Shown one piece after another: positions 19,483 to 27,780 of a stretch of 64,000 nt of DNA. The stretch's first letter is position 1; every line of letters begins with the position of its first letter. Both the position numbers and the translations under genes were made by a program. The DNA is taken from the NCBI GenBank assembly GCA_016699595.1, contig CP064982.1:379829-443828 (forward strand), given 5' to 3'. The stretch comes from a bacterium. Lineage in GTDB: Bacteria > Patescibacteriota > Dojkabacteria > GCA-016699595. The notes below the pieces were generated by a model. It was given only the letters and a program-made list of their open reading frames with translations. It was not told where the DNA came from and did no database searches.

Positions 19483-20295
19483 ATGAAAATCGCATTAACA
19501 AATCTGTGTAAATTAGAAGATTTTGCAAAACACAAGACTTATCAAGATGCAATAGGTTTTTTACATGAAGAAAATATTGAGTATCTTGATTTTTGTTCTG
19601 GTGAAAGTGATTTGGATAATTTAGTGGCAAAGTTTAATAAGTCATTGGATTCTGAGGCGGATATAATATGGATTGTTTGTGGAGGATGGTCATGTATTAA
19701 AACGTTAGAAAAAATTGATTGGGGAAAGGTGGTTGCAAGTAATAAAAAGTTTTATGGATTATCAGATTTTACTCACTTTTCCTCTAAGGCAGTTTCCTTG
19801 GGAATTACTTGTTACTATGGGCAAGGACTTGTGTACATTAAACAGTTTTTCCCAACAAATAATAGCCGTGAATTTATCGTAAATTTCTTAAAAACAGGGG
19901 ATGCTGGTTCTAGTATGGCAAAATCATTGTCTTCAAATACGGAAGATTTAGATATAAATAAGGTAAAAATAACAGGTGGACATATGCTCATATTCGCATT
20001 TATGCAAAATCAGATCAATATAAACTTACAAGAAAGATATCTATTTTTGGAATATCATCATGGGGCTAATGGTATAGAGTTAAAAGAGCTTGAATATTAT
20101 CTAGATCAAGTACTTTATGTAATAAAAAACAATTTACCGAAAGGATTTATTTTAGGAAGAAGTTTACTAAAAAATTTTGATGGAACAGAAATAAAAATAG
20201 AAGAAATAAATGAGTTTCTTGTTTCTAAATTAGAAAAGCTTAACTTACCAATCTATTATGTTGATCATTTTAATAACATTATAACTTTTTGCTAA
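19483..20295 (+). CDS. Possible LD-carboxypeptidase (peptidase S66 family)
   Basis: GLSDFTHF resembles the S66 nucleophile motif (GxSDxT). Weak overall. Confidence 0.35.
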   Translation: MKIALTNLCKLEDFAKHKTYQDAIGFLHEENIEYLDFCSGESDLDNLVAKFNKSLDSEADIIWIVCGGWSCIKTLEKIDWGKVVASNKKFYGLSDFTHFSSKAVSLGITCYYGQGLVYIKQFFPTNNSREFIVNFLKTGDAGSSMAKSLSSNTEDLDINKVKITGGHMLIFAFMQNQININLQERYLFLEYHHGANGIELKELEYYLDQVLYVIKNNLPKGFILGRSLLKNFDGTEIKIEEINEFLVSKLEKLNLPIYYVDHFNNIITFC

Positions 20296-20358
20296 ATATG
20301 GAAAATGTTTTTGACTCTCGCTCCTAAGGTCGCTCGCCCTAACGGGTCATCTAACAGT

Positions 20359-20454
20359 TGATATCTGTTCGCTTCGCACATCCAGACCGATGAGTTAAAT
20401 TTTAATTGAATGGTCGGGACGTCAGATATCAGCGAACGTTATGCGAATAAGGCT
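20359..20454. repeat. attC-like site (family F3, copy b): ATCTAAC-ag-TTGATATCTG ... CAGATATCA-gcgaac-GTTATGC
   Basis: Same architecture as 13256-13339 with different L-box sequence. The 9-bp boxes are perfectly complementary. The preceding CTCGCTCCTAAGGTCGCTCGCCCT is shared with 13231-13255. Confidence 0.55.
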
Positions 20455-20506
20455 CGGGTCAAAGTGAATAGAAAGATTTATATTAGTCAAGAATCAAGAT
20501 AATAAG

Positions 20507-20746
20507 ATGAAGTGGAAGAAATTTTTTAAATTCACAAAAACTCAGATTATTTCTATAATAATTTTAATGATATTGTCATTTCCTTTTTGGTTTCATTTAT
20601 CCTGTATTAATATGTATATTGAACCCAAATTATTTTATAGTCCTTCCAGTTGTGGATTACAATTCTCAGAATTCGTTATTTTGCTTTTAGGTTCATATTT
20701 TATTTCAATTATTATAGATTTTATAATCAGAAAATTCAAAGAATAA
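20507..20746 (+). CDS. Small membrane protein (hypothetical)
   Basis: 79-aa ORF with two hydrophobic helices. Confidence 0.35.
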   Translation: MKWKKFFKFTKTQIISIIILMILSFPFWFHLSCINMYIEPKLFYSPSSCGLQFSEFVILLLGSYFISIIIDFIIRKFKE

Positions 20747-20773
20747 AAATGCTTTTCTTAATTCATTTCTTTG

Positions 20774-20870
20774 AAGTCGCGCTTACTCAAGGGGACGCTT
20801 CGCTTTCGTCGCTATCGCTCCTTACCCTCGTATAACAAGGAAATTGCTCGGCTCGCAACTTTCCCAAGTT
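20774..20870. repeat. GC-rich element family F4 (copy a)
   Basis: CTCAAGGGGACGCTTCGCTTTCGTCGCTATCGCTCC..CCCTCGTATAACAAGG is related to 23960-24040 (CTCAAGGGGCGACTACGCTTTTCACTC..CTCGTACAACAGG). It shares CGCTATCGCTCC with 13840-13850. Confidence 0.55.
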
Positions 20871-20889
20871 TTTCTTCCACTTCGTTTCA

Positions 20890-21050
20890 GAAAAACTTCT
20901 CATATAAGCAAAGGTTTAACTTCCAGTACTTTCAAAAACTTCACAACTAGTGCTTCATACATAGTTTAGATACATTTGTATACTAACTAATGATAGTGTA
21001 TACTATTTGCATGGGATATTTTACAAAATTTAATTGAACTTCGTACATCC
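20890..21050. repeat. Copy C of AT-rich repeat F1 (variant middle module)
   Basis: Shares the 5' AAACTTCTCATATAAGCAAAGGTTTAACTTCCAGTACTTTCAAAAACTTC and 3' GAACTTCGTACATCC modules. The middle ACAACTAGTGCTTCATACATAGTTTAGATACATTTGTATACTAACTAAT is shared only with copy D. Confidence 0.8.
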
Positions 21051-21101
21051 TTAAATGCTAGACGAAATTTTCTTAACTTAATTACTACTACAATCAAAGT
21101 T

Positions 21102-21422
21102 ATGTCAAGGAACAATGGATTCATTATTATCTATATTACCCATCCTGATTTAGAAACTGCAAAGAAAATCGTGTCGTCTTTAATGAAGAGTCGTTTGATT
21201 GCTTGTGGCAACTTCTTTCCAATTCAAAATACATATTGGTGGAAAGGAAAAATTGAGCATTCTACAGAAGTTGTTTCTATTGTAAAGACTAACATGAAGA
21301 ATTGGGAACAAGTTAAGGCGGCGGTAATCAAACTTCATCCCTATGAAACGCCTTGTATTATTAAAATATCTGCATCTGCTAACAGTGATTATGTATCGTG
21401 GATAAATCAAGAAGTGCTATAA
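21102..21422 (+). CDS. cutA: Divalent-cation tolerance protein CutA
   Basis: CutA1 fold signature (IACGNFFP..NTYWWKG..KLHPYETPCII). Confidence 0.75.
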   Translation: MSRNNGFIIIYITHPDLETAKKIVSSLMKSRLIACGNFFPIQNTYWWKGKIEHSTEVVSIVKTNMKNWEQVKAAVIKLHPYETPCIIKISASANSDYVSWINQEVL

Positions 21423-21498
21423 AAGTCGGAGTCAATATTGTCTAACATAGCATATCTGACTTTGCTAATGCTTCTTCATACTCAAGATGATGCCGAAA

Positions 21499-21632
21499 CG
21501 TGTGACTTCCAGTACTTTCAAAAACTTCACAACTAGTGCTTCATACATAATTTAGATACATTTGTATACTAACTAATAATAGTGTATAATGTTTGCATAG
21601 ATAATATACGAAATCTAGTCGAACTTAGTATC
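21499..21632. repeat. Copy D of AT-rich repeat F1 (5'-truncated)
   Basis: Begins at ACTTCCAGTACTTTCAAAAACTTCACAACTAGTGCTTCATACATAATTTAGATACATTTGTATACTAAC ... AGTGTATAATGTTTGCATAGATAATATACGAAATCTAGTCGAACTT. Confidence 0.8.
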
Positions 21633-21650
21633 AACTAGTGTTTTTTATTT

Positions 21651-22100
21651 ATGCACATTAACCTTACTTGGTTCCACTTAAAGAAAGTTTGGAAATTAAC
21701 AATTCCGTTACAAACACTCCTAATTATATTTCTGTTTGTATTCAGATCGGTACAAGCATTCAACATTCAAACAGGATTAGTAAGTGAGCTTCCAAAATTT
21801 GTAACAATTTTCGCACCAATTTATGAAGAAGTTATTTTTCGTGGTCTATGCCTTGCAATGTTTCTTAAATATTTCAATCGTAACAAAGCAATTATTCTGT
21901 CATCACTAATTTTCGGTTTGTGGCATTTGAAAAATTCCACCCATCTTAGTAACTTCGCGTTGTTATATCAAGTCAGTTATGCGATGTTTTTAATAGGTCC
22001 AATATTGGCTTATATCACCATAAAAACAAAAACTATTTGGCCTGGGATCATTCTTCACTATGTAAATAACATTATCTCCTCACTTATCCCTATTATCTAA
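21651..22100 (+). CDS. CPBP-family (CAAX/Abi) intramembrane metalloprotease
   Basis: EEVIFRG (EExxxR), FGLWH and HYVNN motifs in consecutive TM helices. Confidence 0.75.
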   Translation: MHINLTWFHLKKVWKLTIPLQTLLIIFLFVFRSVQAFNIQTGLVSELPKFVTIFAPIYEEVIFRGLCLAMFLKYFNRNKAIILSSLIFGLWHLKNSTHLSNFALLYQVSYAMFLIGPILAYITIKTKTIWPGIILHYVNNIISSLIPII

Positions 22101-22123
22101 GAAACAAGTTTACTATTCCAGGA

Positions 22124-22192
22124 CGTTTCGTTGCTGCTTCGCTTTCACTCCGTTCGGGTCGGACAATACAATAAATACTGGAACGTTATATG
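22124..22192. repeat. F2-family element, short form (hairpin core absent)
   Basis: CCGTTCGGGTCGGACAATACAATA|AATACTGGAACGTTATATG corresponds to the two ends of 12670-12796 with the central ~95 bp missing. Confidence 0.6.
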
Positions 22193-22212
22193 ATAAAATA
22201 ACAAGGAAATGA

Positions 22213-22379
22213 GCGAAACTTCTCATATAAGCAAAGGTTTAACTTTCAGTACTTTCAAAAACTTCGTAATTAATTCTTTATACATAACTTACATACACTG
22301 TTATACTACCCAATAATAGTGTATAATATTTGCATGGATAATATACGAAGTTTAGTCGAACTTCGCATATCTGATAGTT
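22213..22379. repeat. Full-length copy E of AT-rich repeat F1
   Basis: See copy B. The next ATG is 56 bp downstream. Confidence 0.85.
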
Positions 22380-22435
22380 GGCTGGAATAGTATGAACCTG
22401 CCCCTGAAATAATAGAAACATTTAAAAATAACACC

Positions 22436-23206
22436 ATGACATTAATAATACCAATTTTAGGACTAATAACACTTCTTTTTCTTTCGGGTTTGAGAATAGC
22501 ACAAGAATATCAACGAGCTATTGTATTCAGACTTGGACGCTTTAAATCAGTAAAAGGACCAGGACTTTATTGGATAATTCCATTTATTGAAAGACAGCAA
22601 AAAATTGACATAAGAACAAAGACTGTTGATTTAGAACAACAAGAAACCATTACCAAAGACAGTGTAACCATAAAAGTTAATGCTGTACTTTGGTTTAAAA
22701 TTATCAACCCTGAAAGCTCAATTATTAAAGTTGCTGATTACAATAAAGCTGTTTATCAATTTTCAGTTTCAGCATTAAGAAATATAATTGGGCAACATAG
22801 CTTGGACGAAGTTTTGAGGGACCGAGAACAGATAAATTCTAACTTACAAAAAATTGTTGACCAAACGACAGAACCCTGGGGCGTTAAAATTGAAATGGTA
22901 GAAATGAAAGATGTTGAAATTCCAGAAGGAATGCAAAGAGCAATGGCACGGGAAGCAGAAGCAATTAGAGAAAAAAGGGCAAGAATTGTAAAAGCAGAAG
23001 CAGAATTAGATGCTTCCATAAAATTGACACAAGGTGCTAAAGAAATGGAAGGAAGCCCAATTGCATTAGAGTTAAGAAGGATGCAAATGCTTTCTGAAAT
23101 TGGAATTGACAATAACACAACGACTATTGTTTTAGTGCCATCAGACTTTACAAATGCAGCCAAAAGTTTTACAGAATTAGTTACAAACAAGAAATCAAGT
23201 CAATAA
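22436..23206 (+). CDS. SPFH/band-7 family protein (stomatin/HflKC-like)
   Basis: N-terminal TM helix, then QEYQRAIVFRLGRFKSVKGPGLYWIIPFIE, typical of SPFH domain proteins, and a C-terminal coiled coil. Confidence 0.8.
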   Translation: MTLIIPILGLITLLFLSGLRIAQEYQRAIVFRLGRFKSVKGPGLYWIIPFIERQQKIDIRTKTVDLEQQETITKDSVTIKVNAVLWFKIINPESSIIKVADYNKAVYQFSVSALRNIIGQHSLDEVLRDREQINSNLQKIVDQTTEPWGVKIEMVEMKDVEIPEGMQRAMAREAEAIREKRARIVKAEAELDASIKLTQGAKEMEGSPIALELRRMQMLSEIGIDNNTTTIVLVPSDFTNAAKSFTELVTNKKSSQ

Positions 23207-23416
23207 AGCCACTACAGCCAACATCAGTTTGGCAAAAGCAGGGCAGACGGAAGTAATTGAGCATTTGTACTTCTATCAATATTTGCATTATATTTAGGCT
23301 GACGGCTTTCAAAGATCTGCCTTGGCCAAAATGTAACAGTATATGAAATTGAAAATTGGCTAGAATAAGATAAAAACAGTCAAATTTATAATGTTTTACC
23401 TACTCTCTTAAATATT

Positions 23417-23941
23417 ATGATCGAAATAGAAAAAACTTACTTAGCAAAAAAGCTTCCTAAAGATTTGACAAGTTGCAAATTCAATGAGATTATTGATCTG
23501 TATATTCCCAAATCTAGCGAGCAACCAAAATTGAGGCTTAGAAAACATGGTGATAAGTTTGATTTGACCAAAAAAGAGCATGTAAATAGTGGAGACGCTT
23601 CACATCAAGAAGAGCAAACAATAATTCTTACCGAAACTGAATTTAATATCTTAAATCAACAACTCGAAGGAAAGAGAGTTCACAAAATAAGATATTTTTA
23701 TGATTATAAAGATAGAACTGCTGAATTTGATATTTTTCAAGATAGTTTAGCAGGTCTTGTAGTTGTTGATTTTGAATTTGCAACTTTAGAAGAAAAAGAC
23801 AATTTTCAAATGCCTGATTTTTGTCTTGCAGATATAACTCAAGAGGTTTTTATTGCAGGTAGAATGATTTGCGGGAAATCATATGAAGATATTGAAAGTA
23901 ATCTAAGCAAGTTTCAATATAGTAAGTTATTTCTCGAATAA
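23417..23941 (+). CDS. CYTH-domain (triphosphate tunnel metalloenzyme) protein
   Basis: N-terminal ExExK motif (MIEIEKTYL), length and beta-barrel-like pattern typical of CYTH. Confidence 0.6.
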   Translation: MIEIEKTYLAKKLPKDLTSCKFNEIIDLYIPKSSEQPKLRLRKHGDKFDLTKKEHVNSGDASHQEEQTIILTETEFNILNQQLEGKRVHKIRYFYDYKDRTAEFDIFQDSLAGLVVVDFEFATLEEKDNFQMPDFCLADITQEVFIAGRMICGKSYEDIESNLSKFQYSKLFLE

Positions 23942-23959
23942 ATTTTTCTTTTGAATCAA

Positions 23960-24040
23960 TAGTGACGCTAGTTTTCAACTCAAGGGGCGACTACGCTTTT
24001 CACTCTACTTTGCTACATTCACTCTCGTACAACAGGCATT
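23960..24040. repeat. GC-rich element family F4 (copy b)
   Basis: See 20774-20870. Confidence 0.5.
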
Positions 24041-24215
24041 AAGAGAAAATTAGTTAGTATCATATACTTGATTTATGATAAAATTATTTATCCTATCAAT
24101 TCATCAGTAACTATCAGTACAATACTTTCAAAATTTGACTAAACATACTAACTAAATTCTGGCTAGATTCCAAAACCACTTGTTTGCAAAAAATGGAAAC
24201 AAATTATAAGTTTTT

Positions 24216-24983
24216 ATGACAAATAAAGGTGAAGCATGCACAACAAGCATAGTTCCTGAAATAAGAGAAATAGATCTTAAAGTAAAAGAAACAAGAGCTC
24301 CAAAAGATCTAAAAGAGCTATATTTGCTTGAAAAGACCATTCAGCGTGGCTGTAAGCATTTAGTAATAGAAGGACCTTCAGGTGAATACACTGAAATTAG
24401 ATTGTTAAATGTGCCAGTAAGTGGAGAGTATTTTTTTGGACGCGAAAGTGAAATTGCAGAAATATTTGAGGCTTTAGAGCAGTATCAATTTGTATTCTTA
24501 TGTGGGGATAAAAGAGTTGGCAAAAGTTCGATAATGAATGAATTGCATTTTAGGTCCGCTAACAACCCTCAAAGTGAATTTTATTTCGCACCAGTAATAG
24601 AGGGGATACACTTCCGAGATTTGAATATTGAGAACATGCTAAAAGAATTATCGAAGGAAGTAAATAATGCTTCTTCTTCTAGAGTATATGTATGTCAACT
24701 AGATGAAATAGTTAGCATCTTGGAGAAGTTTGGTGATAAATATGAGTTATCTCTATTGCAGTTCATTGAGATTGCAAAACAAAACCTTCCAAATGCCCAA
24801 TTTATACTATCAATGCCAGGAATACACATAAAAAGCTCTCCTAATCTCATGGCTATAGAAATAAAACCAATTGTAAATCCACAAATATTTAGCAATGTAA
24901 TAGATGAAACAAAGATAGGTTTGTTTACTTATATAGTGCACGATGATGGTATAGAAGAAACCGTATATTTACCGAATATATAA
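24216..24983 (+). CDS. Arch_ATPase-like P-loop ATPase (short/truncated)
   Basis: FFGRESEIAEIFEALEQYQFVFLCGDKRVGKSSIMNEL matches the FxxRExE...GxRRxGKT/S start of the archaeal/bacterial ATPase (PF01637-type) family. Only 255 aa. Confidence 0.5.
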   Translation: MTNKGEACTTSIVPEIREIDLKVKETRAPKDLKELYLLEKTIQRGCKHLVIEGPSGEYTEIRLLNVPVSGEYFFGRESEIAEIFEALEQYQFVFLCGDKRVGKSSIMNELHFRSANNPQSEFYFAPVIEGIHFRDLNIENMLKELSKEVNNASSSRVYVCQLDEIVSILEKFGDKYELSLLQFIEIAKQNLPNAQFILSMPGIHIKSSPNLMAIEIKPIVNPQIFSNVIDETKIGLFTYIVHDDGIEETVYLPNI

Positions 24984-25006
24984 AAATCTTTTGCTATAAT
25001 CTTCTA

Positions 25007-25522
25007 ATGAATTCTGCATTATCAAAAATTATTGAGGCTATTTGGTCTCCAGCGGCTTTATTACTTACGCTTAGAGTAATTACACTTATAGGATTATCTG
25101 AAATTTTGAATGTGAATTACACCATTTTTCATGATACAGAACAGTTCAAGATATTCTCAGCTGGATTTTCTTTTCCTACATTACCTGACCTTGTACAAGT
25201 AAATACCTTTTCTTTGTTGATTATTTTGATTGTATTCTCAGGAATAATTGGAATTAGATTCTTTCAAGCACTCAAATTCAATTCCGAACAAATTTCTCCT
25301 AAATCAGCAACAAAACTTATGAACTCAAAGTTTGTTGGACTTATCAAAACACCATTTGAGAACTTTTGGAAAATTTTCACTTGGATGATATTTTTTTATT
25401 TTATAGTTGTATATTCTTTGATAAATATAAGAATGAATTTGACTTCTACATATCTGATAGGAGCATTGATACTTTTGGGAACCATTATAACTATTTTCTT
25501 TTTCAAAGTAATAAATGAATAG
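25007..25522 (+). CDS. Hypothetical polytopic membrane protein
   Basis: Four predicted TM helices. No motif. Confidence 0.4.
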   Translation: MNSALSKIIEAIWSPAALLLTLRVITLIGLSEILNVNYTIFHDTEQFKIFSAGFSFPTLPDLVQVNTFSLLIILIVFSGIIGIRFFQALKFNSEQISPKSATKLMNSKFVGLIKTPFENFWKIFTWMIFFYFIVVYSLINIRMNLTSTYLIGALILLGTIITIFFFKVINE

Positions 25523-26342
25523 TCCTAGTCAATCAAATATTTTGAATGAAATTAAATACTTAAAGGTAAATATTGGATATTTCCCTAGGTTGAATAATTT
25601 TGTTAAACATGGATTTTCATGGGGAAATCAAGCAAATATGTCTTCAAAAAATAAGAATAGCAATGCAAAGAAGAATATCCAATATTTCTTTGATTCAATT
25701 GAACTTACAGAACTTGAAGATTCTTTAGTGTTATTGCCTGATGGACATAAGGATAATATTGTATTTGTCAATGAGGGAAATCTTGATTTATTTCCAAAAG
25801 GTAAAATCGGTATTCCAATTTCTTGTGACGCACTTTTTACAAATATACAAGCTTTACCAATTTCAATTCGTGTTGCTGATTGTACTACTGCTATTTTATA
25901 TGCAAAAACTTTTGATAATATAGAAATTACTGGAATTGTTCATACTGGTCGTAGAAGTGCTGAACTTTTACTTGCAAAGAAGTCAATTGATTGTTTGGTA
26001 AAGCAACAAAATGTAAATCTTGAAACTATAAAAATTGGAATTGTTCCAAGTATAAGTAAAGTTAATTATAAATCTCAAAATTTAGAAAATATTCAAGCTG
26101 AAGTTTGGGGCAGTTTTATTTCAAAAGAGGGGGATTACTTTGAAGTCGATATATTGAATTTTGTTATTAATCAATATTTAGATGCTGGTATAAGTCCAGA
26201 TAATATTGAAGTATATGAGGTTGATACTTACGAATCTGCAAAAAACAAACTTACATTTTCACATAGATACTATTCAGAAAATAAAGATATTGATAAAAAT
26301 TTAGTCGATGGAAGATTTATAGTAGCAACAAGTTTATATTAA
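25515..26342 (+). CDS. pgeF: Peptidoglycan editing factor PgeF (YfiH/DUF152 family)
   Basis: RVADCTTAILY and GIVHTGRRS motifs (Cys/His zinc site of YfiH). Confidence 0.65.
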   Translation: MNSPSQSNILNEIKYLKVNIGYFPRLNNFVKHGFSWGNQANMSSKNKNSNAKKNIQYFFDSIELTELEDSLVLLPDGHKDNIVFVNEGNLDLFPKGKIGIPISCDALFTNIQALPISIRVADCTTAILYAKTFDNIEITGIVHTGRRSAELLLAKKSIDCLVKQQNVNLETIKIGIVPSISKVNYKSQNLENIQAEVWGSFISKEGDYFEVDILNFVINQYLDAGISPDNIEVYEVDTYESAKNKLTFSHRYYSENKDIDKNLVDGRFIVATSLY

Positions 26343-26352
26343 TTTTAAATTT

Positions 26353-27780
26353 ATGAAAATTCACTTTATCGGTATTTGTGGAAAACTCAACGCAGGACTT
26401 GCAATAGAATTGAAGAATTTAGGTCATGAAGTTACAGGTTCTGACAAAGCATTTTATCCACCAATGTCAACTTTGCTTGAAAAGAATAATTTGCCAATCT
26501 TGGTTGGCTATAAAGAAGAACATTTAGATGAAAATAATTTGCCAGATTTAGTTACTTATGGTGCTGCAATCGGTGAAGATAATATTGAAGTTATAAAAGC
26601 AAAAAAGTTGAATATTGAGACTTGTTCTCCAACTGAATTACTTGAAAAGTTTGTGATCAAAAAAAATTCGATTGTTATAACCGGAAATTATGGAAAAACT
26701 ACTATAACGGGTTTATTGGTTAAAATATTTACTGACCTAGGTTTAAATCCAAGTTATATGATTGGTGGTGAAGTTCCAGAACTTGAGTCAGTGAAAATTA
26801 CAAGCTCAGATTGGAGTATCATTGAAGGTGATGAATATCCAGCTGAAAAAAATGGTAAATCAAAGTTTTTTTATTATCATCCGAAGTATCTGATTGTAAC
26901 TTCAGTGAAATGGGATCATACAGATATTTTCAAAACTGAAGAAGATTATAAAGTCAATTTTTTGAATTTGATGCAATCAGTTCCAGAAGGTGGAATTATT
27001 ATAGTCAACGCCGAGGATGAATTGTTTTTAAAAAATTCTAAATTTTCTAAGTTGCAAGAAGATCAAAGTATAAAATCAGAAATTATTTATTCAAATTTAA
27101 GTAATTACTTAGAAACACACACTAATAGTTTAATATTTCTAGATAAACCTATAAACCCTAAAATATTTGGTAAACATAATCTCGAAAATATAAGTTTAGC
27201 TTTAGAACTTTTGAAACAATGTTTTGATAATGATTTTTTGAAAGCTAATATCGACTCAATTATAAATTCAATAAATACTTACCCTGGACCTACTCGCAGA
27301 CTTCAAATAAAATTTGATAATGTAATCAAATCTCAAACTAGTTTAGACAATCATTTAGTTATAATTGATGATTTTGCACATAATCCTGAAAAATTCAAAG
27401 CAAGTATTTCAGCAGTTGCTGATAAATTCAAAGATCATAAAATTACTTGCATAATATTGCCAAATCTAGGAAATATTACAAAAGTTAGTTTAAGTCAATA
27501 TCAAGGAGTATTTGATAATGTAGTTATTGACGAAGTTATAATTCCTCGTTGGAGTACAAAAATTGCAGAAGATAGTGAAACTTATGCAAGTGAAAATTAT
27601 TTTGCACAGTTTCTCAATCTAAACAAGGTGAAAGTCGAAAAGGAAGATGACAAATTCATTGAATGTTTATTGAGTAAAATAGAAACTATAAGTGAAAATC
27701 ACGTAGTTTTATTTATGGGTTCGGAACCATTTCGAGGAATGATTGATATTTTGATTAAAAAGTTAAATAATGCTAATTAA
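26353..27780 (+). CDS. mpl: UDP-N-acetylmuramate:L-alanyl-gamma-D-glutamyl-meso-diaminopimelate ligase (Mpl), Mur ligase family
   Basis: N-terminus MKIHFIGICGKLNAGLAIELKNLGHEVTGSDKAFYPPMSTLLE follows the Mpl pattern. P-loop ITGNYGKTT. Confidence 0.8.
   Translation: MKIHFIGICGKLNAGLAIELKNLGHEVTGSDKAFYPPMSTLLEKNNLPILVGYKEEHLDENNLPDLVTYGAAIGEDNIEVIKAKKLNIETCSPTELLEKFVIKKNSIVITGNYGKTTITGLLVKIFTDLGLNPSYMIGGEVPELESVKITSSDWSIIEGDEYPAEKNGKSKFFYYHPKYLIVTSVKWDHTDIFKTEEDYKVNFLNLMQSVPEGGIIIVNAEDELFLKNSKFSKLQEDQSIKSEIIYSNLSNYLETHTNSLIFLDKPINPKIFGKHNLENISLALELLKQCFDNDFLKANIDSIINSINTYPGPTRRLQIKFDNVIKSQTSLDNHLVIIDDFAHNPEKFKASISAVADKFKDHKITCIILPNLGNITKVSLSQYQGVFDNVVIDEVIIPRWSTKIAEDSETYASENYFAQFLNLNKVKVEKEDDKFIECLLSKIETISENHVVLFMGSEPFRGMIDILIKKLNNAN

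Noticed and set aside
11143-24215. Diversity-generating retroelement (template/variable repeat pairs)
   Set aside because: No reverse transcriptase ORF (no YxDD motif protein) is in the window. The repeat copies differ at all four bases rather than adenine-specifically. They are intergenic, not at the 3' ends of target genes.
11143-24215. Integron integrase or other tyrosine/serine recombinase, transposase
   Set aside because: None of the ORFs shows recombinase or transposase motifs (no R..HxxR..Y catalytic pattern, no DDE). The attC-like array is therefore integrase-less within this window.
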